Notes: generated by a model from the sequence alone, not told the origin. Shown: positions 31,594 through 42,727, counted from the first letter of the stretch. The stretch: DNA of 64,000 nt from Bacteroidales bacterium (GCA_028282585.1 JANQHR010000113.1:1-64000); one strand, 5' to 3'. Made by a program: numbers and translations.

Positions 31594-32415
31594 ATGGATA
31601 TGAAAAAGCAAAAATCTCTGGTAACTATAATAATTGCATTACTTATAAACCTTCAAGCTACGGCCGGATGGATAATAACTCAACAAAGTTATGATTCTGA
31701 TGAAGGAGTTGAAACAGCGTTAATTGAAACAATTTACCTTCAGGATAATATCATGAAAGTAGTTCAATCAAAAATGGTAACCATGTTTGACTTAAATAGT
31801 GAAATGATCACAATAATGAGCCCGGCTAAGAAAGTTTACTGGACAGGCAAGGTAGCTGATTATAAAAAAGAAATTAAAGAGGCTATGCGATCAGCAATGG
31901 AGGAACAGCTAAAAAATGCTCCCGAGGAACAAAAAGAAATGATTCAAAAAATGTATAAAGGAATGATGGAAAGTATTGATGACCCATCAAAATTTGCAGG
32001 TGAAGAACCTGAAGAATATGATTTGCAAATCGAAAAAACAGGAGACAAAGAGCGTGTTGCAGGAAGAATGGCTCATAAATATGCAATTAAAGTAAATGGT
32101 TCTGTAAAGGAAGAAGCATGGCTCTCTGAATCAGATAAACCTCACGAGGAATTTGATATTGGTATATTTTATGATATTTTTGGAGATTTTACAAGCCAGG
32201 CAAATACAAGTGCATTTTATCAGAATGATAAAAAATACATTGAGTTTGCAAAAAAGGGTTTTCCCTTAAAGTCAATTAGTTATTTTGGTGGATACGAATC
32301 TATAAGTGAAGTAACCAATTTGAAAAAAGAAAATATTGATAGTTCTAAATTTAAAGCCCCAACGAGGTATCAAAAAGTAAGCTTGATAGAAATCGGACTG
32401 GAAGAAAATAACTAA
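31594..32415 (+). CDS. Secreted DUF4412-like protein
   Basis: Signal peptide; 'KTG....VAG..A.KY', 'E.W', 'GFPL', 'F..P..Y'. Confidence 0.65.
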   Translation: MDMKKQKSLVTIIIALLINLQATAGWIITQQSYDSDEGVETALIETIYLQDNIMKVVQSKMVTMFDLNSEMITIMSPAKKVYWTGKVADYKKEIKEAMRSAMEEQLKNAPEEQKEMIQKMYKGMMESIDDPSKFAGEEPEEYDLQIEKTGDKERVAGRMAHKYAIKVNGSVKEEAWLSESDKPHEEFDIGIFYDIFGDFTSQANTSAFYQNDKKYIEFAKKGFPLKSISYFGGYESISEVTNLKKENIDSSKFKAPTRYQKVSLIEIGLEENN

Positions 32416-35400
32416 TTTGAAATCTTAGGATTTGCAATAAAACTTTAGTTCCACAAGCATTTCCGTTATCATCTTTTAAGTCAATATATTCTACCTTAAA
32501 ATCCTGATTAAATAACTTATTAATAGAATCAATACGCTTTCCGGTAATATTTGTTCCATAAGAAATATGCCTTTTGTTCTTTTTCTCTCTGATTTCCATA
32601 GCCTTTTGCCGTCCTATGCCATCATCTTCTATGATACAAAGAATCGAATCTTTATTATTTCTAACCTCTATTTTTATATTCTTTTCTCCTTCTTTATGCA
32701 CTAAACCGTGCCATATGGAGTTTTCAACATAAGGTTGAATAAGTAAAGGATGTATTTGATATAATTCGACATCAACATCATTTGTGCTGATTTCATAATT
32801 TAATTGATTTTCTAACCTCATGGATTCTAATTCTAAATACAATTGCATTGCCTCCAATTCTTTTTGAACCGGGATGGTGTCATGTTGTGAATTATTAAGG
32901 ATAACTCTCATTAGTTTTGAAAACTTCGAAAGGTATTGAGTGGAAGAATTGATATCGTTATCGTAGATATAGAACTGAATTGAGTTTAATGTATTAAAAA
33001 TAAAATGTGGGTTCATTTGTTGGCTTAATGCTTGTTGGCGGAATTTGTTAATTTCAAGTAAAAGTTTTCTTTCAAGTGTGTTTCTTCTTTTTATTTCAGA
33101 GATTTTTATATAGTAAATTGTGAGTAATACTCCCGCTATTATAATAATTGTTGAAATGATAATTAATCCAATAAACCACCAACTTTTCCAATAGGGAGGT
33201 TTAATGAATATATCTACTGATGCAGGATTTATACTTTCGATATTATTTTCATTAATTGCAAGTACCTTGAAAGTATATTGGCCAGGTGGTAGAAAAGATA
33301 GTCTAACGTGGTTTTCATTAGTTTCAATCCAGTTTGCTTCTTGACCGTGTCGTACAATCTGATATTTATATGTTTTATTATATTGATTTTTATAATTTAA
33401 ACCTACAAATTCAATATTTATAGAATTATTTTTATGTGAGAGAATATAACTACTTTGTACAGATGTATCTTTTTCTAAGATACTTACATTATTTATGTAG
33501 ATTGGTGGAGGGTAACTGTTAGTAATTAGTTTCTTTGTATTAAATTTCGAAAGCCCTTTCTTTGATGCTACATATGCTGTTAAATCTTTAATATATATAT
33601 CATTAATTTCATTAGAAGCTAATCCATCCAAGGTACTAAATATTTCAATTTTATATTTATCGTTTATTTTATCGCTCAACAATGTAATTTTGTTTAGTCC
33701 ATTTTGAGTGGAAACCCATATAATGGTATCTTTTTTAAAGAATGAATTAATGTTATTATTTGATAATCCATTTTTTGTGTTGATATTAAAAATAGTATCT
33801 CTATCATAAATTATAATTCCATTTGTACCAGTTCCTATCCAGATATTATTATGAAGATTATTTTCGATCATGCTGGTAATTTTACTGGTAAATAGGTAAT
33901 GTAAATCACCTAAGTATTTAGTTTCATTTAGTTCAATATTATGTTCCCATAAACCATTATTACATCCTAATAGAATTCTATTTTTAACTTTTGTTAATGA
34001 GTTAATTTTTTGTTTAAAGTTACCAACTTTATAAATTTCGTTTTCTTTTTTTGATTAGTAATATTATGCAATCCGGAATAAGTAGCAAACCAAATTAATC
34101 CATCTGGTTCCAAATAAAAATCTTTGCAATGAATATTTTTTGCTATACCGTTACCGTGATTATGATAGTAATCTTCAATTTTTGAGTTTTTAATTGTAGT
34201 TAAAGTTTGGGATCCAATCCACAATTTAGTATTAATGCTATCGTAAAAAATGTTATAATTAAAAATATTTAACTCGTTAATTTTAATGGGATTATAAACT
34301 GTTTCATTGGTTAAGTTTTGTACATAAAAATTATTATAGCCCATCCATAAACTGGTCGAATCAAAAGTTAGTGATCTTACATCATTTTCTACTAATCCAT
34401 CAACCTTAGAATACGATTTTACATTAATATTAGGCAGATAATAAATACCATCGTAAAGAGTAGAAAACCAATATCCACCTTCATTATCATTTAAAATTGA
34501 AGATATTTCTTTATCTTTTAAAAGAATCAAAGGTGGACTATTTAAATTTAAATCTTTATAACAGTATGCACCTTTTACTGTCCCAACCCATACATTATCT
34601 CTGGAATCAATACTTATCCATATTATATGCTCATGGATAACTACTGAATTAACAAAAGTAGAATCCTTAAAATGAATTACAATACCATCTCGTACGATGA
34701 AAGTATTATTGTTTTTATGTGCACCATATATCCTGCCAACAAAAGGTTTTTTAATTAAATGTTTATCAAAAACAACACTATGTTTTTCTACAAATGAAAT
34801 TTGTAGAATGAGCTGGTTTTAAAGTCTGAATACTGGTTACCTATAAGTACGGAATTATTTTTTATATAAAATTCAATATAGTTTTTGTTATTTCTAAATT
34901 TCTGTACTCTCCCGTATTTATCAATAATAAATGATCCTTTCTTTGTGTCTCTGAAATAGATATTATCATTTGTATCTATAAAGAAACTTAATTTTACCGG
35001 ATTTCCGTCACTTTCCAAAACATCTTGAATCACATCATTGTATTTAAAATGCTTTAGGGTATCATTTTCCAAGTATGAAAGATTTACAGAATATGGAACA
35101 ATCCATAACCTATTTTTATAATCTTCAAAAAACTCAAAAACTGTGTTGTCTGGTAAACCTTCTTCTTTTGTATAATTTTTAAATTTAGTCCCGTCAAATC
35201 TGCTAATGCCGTCATCTGTTGCAATCCAAATAAATCCTTTGGAATCTTGATACGCATGATATGTTTCTGAACTAATTAAACCGCCTTTAACTGTATAGTT
35301 CTTATAATGATATGATTGCGCATAAATGTTGGAAGAATAAAACGATATTATAAAAGCAAAAAAATGCAATATTTGCTCACGAAATTTCTTACAGCAGATT

Positions 35401-35435
35401 TCAACTGAAATATATTCACTTAGATACTGATTCAA
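32412..35435 (-). pseudogene. Frameshifted LytS-type sensor kinase (propeller, Y_Y_Y, His_kinase); paralog of 36513-39536
   Basis: Three ORF fragments are collinear with the intact paralog; single-base losses near 34820, in the T7 run at 34046-34052 and near 32428. Confidence 0.85.
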
Positions 35436-35443
35436 TTCTTTTA

Positions 35444-35569
35444 CAAATATAATTCGTAAAAATCTGAAATCAGAATTTACACTTTATTACTTCAAACTTA
35501 CATTTTATTACATCAAACTAACACCACACTACATTACTCAAAAAAATAGAAAAGTATTTCATATGTTTG
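35444..35569. promoter_or_regulatory. Divergent promoter pair with 21-bp direct repeats (LytTR-type boxes), copy 1
   Basis: Minus-strand -7 at 35444-35451; TTACACTTTATTACTTCAAAC / TTACATTTTATTACATCAAAC at 35477-35518; plus-strand TATGTTTG at 35562. Confidence 0.7.
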
Positions 35570-35713
35570 AGCAGAATTTAGGACGTACTCAAAAATAGAA
35601 ACTATTAACCTAATTATAATTACGCTGAACTAATATAACGAAGGCAATTAAGAAAAAGATCTTAAGTTTAAGAATAAAGTAAACTTGTTAAATTAAGATT
35701 GATTATGAGAAGT

Positions 35714-35744
35714 GGAATCCGACAAAAACGTCGGATTTCTTTTT
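35714..35744 (+). terminator. Intrinsic terminator, T-tail on the plus strand, probably bidirectional
   Basis: GGAATCCGAC-AAAAAC-GTCGGATTTC followed by TTTTT. Confidence 0.75.
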
Positions 35745-36495
35745 ATATGAGATTAAAATTCTCCATTATTTTAAGGAACTCAGCTTTCTTTTCCCGCGCT
35801 ATAGCAACTTGTGATTCATCTTTCATTATAATATGCCCACCTTCGGTTTTAACATACATTTTTACAAAATGTAGATTTATTAAATGTGATTTATGGGTAC
35901 GGTAAAAATATTTTTCATCCACATAATCAATAAATTCTTTGAGCATTTTTGAAACAGTGATTTTTTTATTATTTATCAAATAAATATTTGTATATCTTCC
36001 GTCTGCTTCAAATCTTATTATATCTTTAAGCTTTATATATTCGAAACCCTTACTGGATGGAATAACTAGTTTTGTAGGAGATTTTTTTTCAATATTTTCT
36101 TTTAAAACCTGAAAGTTGATTAATTGATTGATTACTTTATTTCTTTTCGATTTAACTCTTTTAATTGAACAAATAAAATCATCTATATCAATTGGTTTTA
36201 CAAGATAATCTATTGCACTGTATTTAAATGCTTTTATTGCATACTGATTATAAGCTGTAATAAATACTAATTCAAAGTTTCTTTCAGTAATTGCTTCCAA
36301 AACATTAAATCCTGTACCATCTTGCATTTCAATATCCAAAAAAACTATATCCGGACTGTAAATGGAAATCGCAGTAATCCCTTCTTTTACAGAAGATGCT
36401 TTTTCAAGAATTTTTATTTCCGGGAAGAATTTTTTTATAATTGATTCTATGAAATCTCTTGTCTTTTTCTCATCATCTATTATAACTGCATTCAT
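35743..36495 (-). CDS. LytTR-family response regulator
   Basis: 'IIDDE', 'FLDIEM', 'FITAY', 'DYLVKP', LytTR 'FYRTHKSHLIN'. Confidence 0.95.
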   Translation of the reverse strand: MNAVIIDDEKKTRDFIESIIKKFFPEIKILEKASSVKEGITAISIYSPDIVFLDIEMQDGTGFNVLEAITERNFELVFITAYNQYAIKAFKYSAIDYLVKPIDIDDFICSIKRVKSKRNKVINQLINFQVLKENIEKKSPTKLVIPSSKGFEYIKLKDIIRFEADGRYTNIYLINNKKITVSKMLKEFIDYVDEKYFYRTHKSHLINLHFVKMYVKTEGGHIIMKDESQVAIAREKKAEFLKIMENFNLI

Positions 36496-36512
36496 AATAA
36501 CTATTTTGTCTA

Positions 36513-39500
36513 TTAGTTAAAAATTTTAGGAATTTGAAGTATAACCTTTGTTCCACATCCTATTCCATTTTCATTTTTTAGATCTATAAATTCAACTTTA
36601 AAATTCTTGTTATAAAGTTTATTTATAAGTTCAATGCGTCTATTCGTAATATTAGTCCCATGAGATTTATGCTTCGATTTTTTTTGCTTTTTTAATTCCA
36701 TTGCTTTTTCTCTTCCAATTCCGTCATCTTCAATAATACAAAGAATTGAAGATAAATTAAGTTGAAAATCGATCTTAATCTTTCCCTTCGTTTTTTTAGG
36801 AGTTATTCCATGCCATATTGAATTCTCGACATAGGGTTGGATTAACATTGGACTGATATGATATAATGAAGGATCCAGATTTTTATCTATTTTAATTTCA
36901 TAATCAAATTTACCTTCAGTTCTTAAACTTTCCAATTCCATGTAAAGTTCCAACGTATCAAGTTCTTTAAATATAGTAATCGTGTCATGCTGTGAGTTAT
37001 CCAATATTAAACGCATAAGTTTTGAAAACTTTGCCAAATATCTGGTAGATGAAATATTATCATTTTCGAAAATATAGTATTGTATTGCATTTAAAGTATT
37101 GAATATAAAATGCGGATTCATTTGTTGACTTAATGCTTGTTGTCTGAATTTATTGATTTCTTGCATTAACTTTTTCTCTAAAGCATTTCTTCGATTGATT
37201 TCATTAATTCTGATTTTGTAAATAACAAAAAGTATTGAAAGAATTACAAAAAGGCTTAAAAGAATAATTGAACTTACAAACCACCAGGTTTTCCAATAAG
37301 GAGGTTTAATCGTAAGACTTAGTGTAGCAGGTACACTGCTTTCATAATCATCTTCGTTTATAGCTATTACTTCAAAATTATATTTTCCGGGCGATAAGAA
37401 TGATAAGTTCACATGATTATCTGGTGTTTCAATCCAATTTGCCTGATTCCCGGACTGATTTAATCTGTATTTATACTTCTTATTCTCTATGTTTCTGTAC
37501 ATTAAGCCAATAAACTCAATATTTAAGGAATTATGATTATAAGGCAAATCGTAATGTTTTTTTATAATGGTATCTTTATCTTGTATTTGAATACTTTTTA
37601 TATAAACAGGTGGAGGGAAACTATTTAGTTTCATTCTATTATGATCTATAACGGAAAGTCCGTTATGGGTAGCAATATATGCCATCGAATCGTTAACATA
37701 TATATCATTAATTTCATTTGAAGCTAATCCATGCGTAGTATAAAATGATTCTATTGAAAAATCATTCGTTATTACTTTACTATTTAAACTAATTTTATTT
37801 AATCCATTTTTAGTTGCTACCCATATTGTAGTATCCATGATAAAGAATGATGTAATGTTATTACTCGACAATCCATTTTCAGTAGTAATATTATAAATGG
37901 AATCAGGATCATATACAATAATCCCATTAGAACTGCTTCCGATCCAAAAGTTATTGTGAAAGTTATTTTGCTCTATACAAAGTATTTTACTTTCCAATAG
38001 TTTTTTATTACCTAAAAACAGAAATTCTTTAGTTGAAATTGAATACTCCCATAAACCATTATTACAGCCTAATAAAAATACATCATTTGTTTTTTGATTT
38101 ATAGTATTTATTCTATAATTAGAGCCTTTTAATTTGCTGTATTTTAAGTAGTTATTAGATAGTTTGTGTAAACCATCATAAGAAGCTATCCATAAGTCAT
38201 TATTTTTATCAATAGCCAAATCTCTGATTTGAACATTAGTATAATTTTCCGGGAAATCTTCTATTGTAAAAAATGATCTTAAAACATTGTTTTTAAACAA
38301 ATATAAGGATGAAGAGGCTATCCACAACTTTTTCTCTTTTTTATCATAAAATATATCATAAATAAACTCAGCTGATTTATCCAATTTAATTTCCTTATTT
38401 ACTTTTCCTGATTCAATTCCCTGTACATAATTATTATTAGATCCAATCCATATCGTTGATGAATCTTTTTCTACTGTTGTTATCACTTCACTTTTTAAAC
38501 CATCTTTTACATTGAAATTTTGAGATGCTATATTGGGTAAATAGTATAAACCATTCTGAAGTGATGAAAACCAATAACCTCCTTCTCTGTCTTCAAGAAC
38601 AGAAGAAATACTTTTATTTTTTAAAAAGTGTTTACCTTTGCTTCCAATATTCAAATCATTATAAACATAAGCTCCATTATTAGTTCCAAGCCATAAATTA
38701 TTTTTACTGTCAATATTCATCCAAATTATATTTACAGGAAAATTTTTTTTACAAAAAATTGCTGAGTCTTTAATGTGGATTATATTGTTTCCATGGACAA
38801 TGAAGTAACTATCGTCTTTTTTTATTCCAAATTTCATCCCGAATTCAATTTTTGGATCAAAAGATCCTTGATATATTTTAATACTATCTTCTATTATTGA
38901 ATATAAATAAGGGTTGAATTTAATTTTTCTATTAACATTTCCCTGAAGTAATTTATTATCTTTTACAAAATACCACAATTGATTCATATTCTTTCCTGGA
39001 GTGCTTATGTTTCCCAATGAATCAATTATATATAAAGCATTATTCTTTTTATCTCGAAAATAAATATTGTCTTTGCTATCAATATAGAACATCAACTTAT
39101 TGGGATTTGAATTCCCTTTTAAATAGCTTTGAATCTTATCATTAAATTTATAATGATAAATACTGTCATTGAGGTAATAAGAAAGGTTTATGGAATGTGG
39201 CATAAACCAAATTCGTCCTTTATGATCTTCAATAATTTCGAAAACGGTATTGTCAGGCAAACCATCTTCTGCGGTAAAAATCTTAAATTCATACCCATCA
39301 TATTTACTAACCCCGTTATCAGTAGCAATCCAGATATATCCTTTTGAATCCTGAAAAACATGATAGGTTTCAGAAGTTGGTAGCCCGTCTTTGGCTGTAA
39401 AATGGCGGAATGGATACGATTGTGATAAAGCTTCAAAATTAATACATAATAAAATAAAAATTAGTAGCAATAATCTTTTTAAAAGCGGTCGTATATAATT

Positions 39501-39536
39501 GAACTTATTTTGATATAAAATCAAATGTGTGTTCAT
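36513..39536 (-). CDS. LytS-type sensor histidine kinase with periplasmic beta-propeller and Y_Y_Y domains
   Basis: 'DSKGYIWIAT..G' propeller repeats, 'LSPGKY.F.V.A', TM after 'PPYWKTWWF', 'QMNPHFIFNTLN', 'QPYVENSIWHG'. Confidence 0.93.
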   Translation of the reverse strand: MNTHLILYQNKFNYIRPLLKRLLLLIFILLCINFEALSQSYPFRHFTAKDGLPTSETYHVFQDSKGYIWIATDNGVSKYDGYEFKIFTAEDGLPDNTVFEIIEDHKGRIWFMPHSINLSYYLNDSIYHYKFNDKIQSYLKGNSNPNKLMFYIDSKDNIYFRDKKNNALYIIDSLGNISTPGKNMNQLWYFVKDNKLLQGNVNRKIKFNPYLYSIIEDSIKIYQGSFDPKIEFGMKFGIKKDDSYFIVHGNNIIHIKDSAIFCKKNFPVNIIWMNIDSKNNLWLGTNNGAYVYNDLNIGSKGKHFLKNKSISSVLEDREGGYWFSSLQNGLYYLPNIASQNFNVKDGLKSEVITTVEKDSSTIWIGSNNNYVQGIESGKVNKEIKLDKSAEFIYDIFYDKKEKKLWIASSSLYLFKNNVLRSFFTIEDFPENYTNVQIRDLAIDKNNDLWIASYDGLHKLSNNYLKYSKLKGSNYRINTINQKTNDVFLLGCNNGLWEYSISTKEFLFLGNKKLLESKILCIEQNNFHNNFWIGSSSNGIIVYDPDSIYNITTENGLSSNNITSFFIMDTTIWVATKNGLNKISLNSKVITNDFSIESFYTTHGLASNEINDIYVNDSMAYIATHNGLSVIDHNRMKLNSFPPPVYIKSIQIQDKDTIIKKHYDLPYNHNSLNIEFIGLMYRNIENKKYKYRLNQSGNQANWIETPDNHVNLSFLSPGKYNFEVIAINEDDYESSVPATLSLTIKPPYWKTWWFVSSIILLSLFVILSILFVIYKIRINEINRRNALEKKLMQEINKFRQQALSQQMNPHFIFNTLNAIQYYIFENDNISSTRYLAKFSKLMRLILDNSQHDTITIFKELDTLELYMELESLRTEGKFDYEIKIDKNLDPSLYHISPMLIQPYVENSIWHGITPKKTKGKIKIDFQLNLSSILCIIEDDGIGREKAMELKKQKKSKHKSHGTNITNRRIELINKLYNKNFKVEFIDLKNENGIGCGTKVILQIPKIFN

Positions 39537-39592
39537 AAGTAAGTCGTTTTAAGTTTATTAATAACAAGGATGAATAACATATTTTGAATTTA

Positions 39593-39714
39593 CAAATGTA
39601 CAAGTTTTTATAACTTTATTTTAACACTTTACAACATCAAACTTACATTTAATAACATCAGATTTACTGTATATAACTTTAGCTGGAATATGAATAAAAA
39701 TGAATTTATGTTTG
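39593..39714. promoter_or_regulatory. Divergent promoter pair with 21-bp direct repeats (LytTR-type boxes), copy 2
   Basis: Minus-strand -7 at 39593-39600; TAACACTTTACAACATCAAAC / TTACATTTAATAACATCAGAT at 39622-39663; plus-strand TATGTTTG at 39707. Confidence 0.7.
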
Positions 39715-39866
39715 AACAAGTTTAGAGTGCTAAACAGTAGTTGAGTGAAATGAGCAGCTTGTTCTCATCTGTCTTATTCAACACTTAAATATAGGTACAC
39801 AATAGGAAATAAAGGGAAAATTCCAAACCCAAATTAAAAATAATTAACTAATTAAAAAATAAGGAA

Positions 39867-40439
39867 ATGAGAATGATTTTAAAACTGAACAAAAAAGTAT
39901 TAGTTGTTTTAATGGGATTATCATTAATTACTATTTCATGCGAGAAGGAAGATGAAAATGATAATAACGAAGAACAAATAATTGAAAATTCATTTACATA
40001 TGATGGTACAGAATATCCAACTCCTAATGCAATTGTAGTAAATGCAGGAGAAACAGAAGATGGGGAAACTGAATTTGAGTTGTTTTTTTATTCTTCAGCA
40101 GTAGGTTATGAAATTGATGAAGGTGAAGTTTATTTTTCTTCAGGTGTAGGTGAGTTAGTTTCATTGTATTTAACTGCAAATATGTTATCGGAGAATTTAC
40201 CAGAAGGAGATTATGCATATGTAGGAGATGGAAATTTACTGGATATGGCAGAAATTGAAATTAACACAGATTTTGGTTCTGATGATGATACCGGAATTTA
40301 TTTGGAAGAATTAAACGGTCAAGTTAAAGTTACAAAAGATGGAAATGAATATCATATTGAATATACATTGCTATTGACTAATTCGAAAACACTGCAAGGG
40401 CAATATAAAGGTGTAATTAAACAGGAGTCAAACCAATAA
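39867..40439 (+). CDS. Acidic lipoprotein, probably surface-exposed
   Basis: Lipobox 'TISC' followed by acidic EKEDEND, resembling the Bacteroidota lipoprotein export signal. Confidence 0.75.
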   Translation: MRMILKLNKKVLVVLMGLSLITISCEKEDENDNNEEQIIENSFTYDGTEYPTPNAIVVNAGETEDGETEFELFFYSSAVGYEIDEGEVYFSSGVGELVSLYLTANMLSENLPEGDYAYVGDGNLLDMAEIEINTDFGSDDDTGIYLEELNGQVKVTKDGNEYHIEYTLLLTNSKTLQGQYKGVIKQESNQ

Positions 40440-40477
40440 ATATTCATATAACTAACAATTTAAAAATCTGAAGATTC

Positions 40478-41103
40478 ATGAAAAAAGGGACGTATATTTT
40501 TTGCCTAATGCTATTAGGATTAATAATAAGTAATAAAGCTTTGAGCCAAACTGCAATTGGGTTTAAAGGGTCACTTCAAATGACGAAGTTAGATAGTAAA
40601 TGGAACTATAGCGATGATATAGAAACTATGTGGGTTTATATGCCAGATTTCGGCGTTGTTGTTAATTTTGGATACGAAAATCCACTATCATTTCAAATGG
40701 AATTTAATTATTCTCCAAAAGCTACAAAATATACTGAATTTGGTGAAGAAACGAAACAAACAAACTATTATTTAGATTTGCCTCTACTTTTAAAAGCTCA
40801 GTTTGGTAAAAACGAGGCTAAATTCTACTCGATTTTTGGTGTAACTGCAAGCTTCCCATTTGTAATAAAGTATAATTCTGATGAAGATGAGTCAAAAGTC
40901 AATATTATGTAAAGACGAAACAGCAATTGAGGATTATTTGGATGCTGCTTTATCAATAGGGGCGGATTTTTCTTATGAATTAGATAACGGTAGTTTTTTT
41001 TACTGAAATAAGATATAATCACGGCTTAGGAAACACTCTAGATTTTGGAGATTATGATAGTAAAGCGTTAAGGCTTTCAGTTGGGTACTTATTCCACTTG
41101 TAG
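40478..41103 (+). pseudogene. Outer-membrane beta-barrel (porin-family) gene with two frameshifts
   Basis: Signal peptide, 'YLDLPLLLK'; continues after shifts near 40910 and in the T8 run at 40994-41001 to 'EIRYNHGL...LSVGYLFHL*'. Confidence 0.75.
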
Positions 41104-41347
41104 TTTATATATTTTAATATTATATGCATTGTTAGACCTATTAATAGGTTTCAATTATAAGTTTTGAGATCCGAGAATTCAGTCGTATTTCTTTTTATGT
41201 ACCCTTTTACGCGACTAAACCAATATTTAATAAATAGCAAATGGTTGAAGGCTAGTTGTTAAAGGTCAATAGCTTAAAACTAAAAATAAACAAGAAAATG
41301 AAATAATCTAAATAATGAACACTTAATAACTTATTAAACCAAAAAAC

Positions 41348-42613
41348 ATGAGAAAATTACTTTTACTTTTTAGCGCAATCTTTTTAACTGCAGGTATTTG
41401 GGCGCAAACAACAAATACTTTTCCAGAAAATGGTAATGTTGGTATTGGAACAACAAATCCTGCTTATAATTTAGATGTTAAAGACATAACACCAACTATA
41501 AGACTTGAGAGTGAAGTGAACAATGCAACCGGGTCGATGATTCGATTTACTGAACTTGCTTTCCAAGGAGCTTATCTTCAATACAAAGGAGACGCAAATA
41601 GATTTGATATTGGAATGCATAATGTAAATAGTTATTTAACTACTGACGATATTCCTGCTATTTCTATCTTACGTAGTAACAATAATGTTGGTATCGGAAC
41701 AACAAATCCGGTTACCAAACTTCATATTGAAGGAGCATCAGTTAATTGGAACGAAATGGTTCCAGGTAAAAATTATGGAACTATTCACTTGAGTACAGGT
41801 ACTAGTCTTGATCACTATGGAAATGCTATTACATGGGGAGCCAGTGATGCAGGAAATGCGCAAGCAGGTATTTATGTTAGAAGTGACGGCTCATATGGAA
41901 CAAAAATGTATTTTGCAACTACGGATTCTTATGTAACAGGTTCTAAAACAAGACTATTTATTGGACATAATGGCAACGTTGGTATCGGAACAACAAGCCC
42001 CAATGCTAAACTTGATATAAAAGCTGCTACTGGTGATATAATGGTGTTAGAAACTACTTCTGCAATAAACAATGTTATGAGATTTAAAAACCAAGGCATA
42101 GAAAATGGTGCAATCTATAGTTTAGCAGGACAGGATGATTTTTATATAAGAGCTACAAACCCAACTGGTAAATTAATTTTACAAAACGCCGGTAGCATTT
42201 CAATGATACTGGATGAAAATCAAAGAGTTGGAATAGGAACAGCTAATCCAACATACAAACTTTCTGTAGCAGGAACTATTAGCTGCGGAGAATTAATTGT
42301 AGAAGATGTTACAGGCTGGGCCGATTTCGTTTTCGAAGACGATTACAGCTTAATGAGTTTGAAAGATCTTGACAAGTATATTCAGACAAACAAACACTTA
42401 CCTGAAATTCCAACAACTGCCGAAGTGGAAGAAAACGGTATTTCGGTTGGCGAAATGAACACCAAGTTATTGCAAAAAATCGAAGAGCTTACACTTTATA
42501 CGATTCAACAACAAAATTTAATTAATAATCAACAAGAACTTATTGAAGCTCAAGAACAAAGTTATAATGAATTAAAAAACGAAATTGAACAAATAAAACA
42601 ATTAATAAAATAA
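41348..42613 (+). CDS. Secreted GIGT-repeat fibre-like protein with conserved WADFVF/HLPEIP/LLQKIEELTLY and coiled-coil C-terminus
   Basis: Signal peptide; four (G)NVGIGT-type repeats; C-terminus resembles the intramolecular-chaperone/peptidase-S74-like end of trimeric fibres. Confidence 0.75.
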   Translation: MRKLLLLFSAIFLTAGIWAQTTNTFPENGNVGIGTTNPAYNLDVKDITPTIRLESEVNNATGSMIRFTELAFQGAYLQYKGDANRFDIGMHNVNSYLTTDDIPAISILRSNNNVGIGTTNPVTKLHIEGASVNWNEMVPGKNYGTIHLSTGTSLDHYGNAITWGASDAGNAQAGIYVRSDGSYGTKMYFATTDSYVTGSKTRLFIGHNGNVGIGTTSPNAKLDIKAATGDIMVLETTSAINNVMRFKNQGIENGAIYSLAGQDDFYIRATNPTGKLILQNAGSISMILDENQRVGIGTANPTYKLSVAGTISCGELIVEDVTGWADFVFEDDYSLMSLKDLDKYIQTNKHLPEIPTTAEVEENGISVGEMNTKLLQKIEELTLYTIQQQNLINNQQELIEAQEQSYNELKNEIEQIKQLIK

Positions 42614-42644
42614 AATGAGATTCCGTGTCAAAATTTGAGAAAAC

Positions 42645-42714
42645 CAGTCTTGATACTCAAATCTAGCTACTTATGTCTTAATGCTCATATCTTGATACTT
42701 GTGTCTACATACTA
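42645..42714. repeat. Ten-unit degenerate heptamer array (nnnnCTn)
   Basis: cagtctt gatactc aaatcta gctactt atgtctt aatgctc atatctt gatactt gtgtcta catacta. Confidence 0.8.
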
Positions 42715-42727
42715 AAAAACTAAAAAC

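Noticed and set aside
35699-35905. 68-aa plus-strand ORF as the target of operator copy 1
   Set aside because: Crosses the terminator and lies antisense to the LytTR gene
42645-42714. CRISPR array
   Set aside because: Degenerate 7-bp tandem units with no repeat-spacer structure and no cas genes
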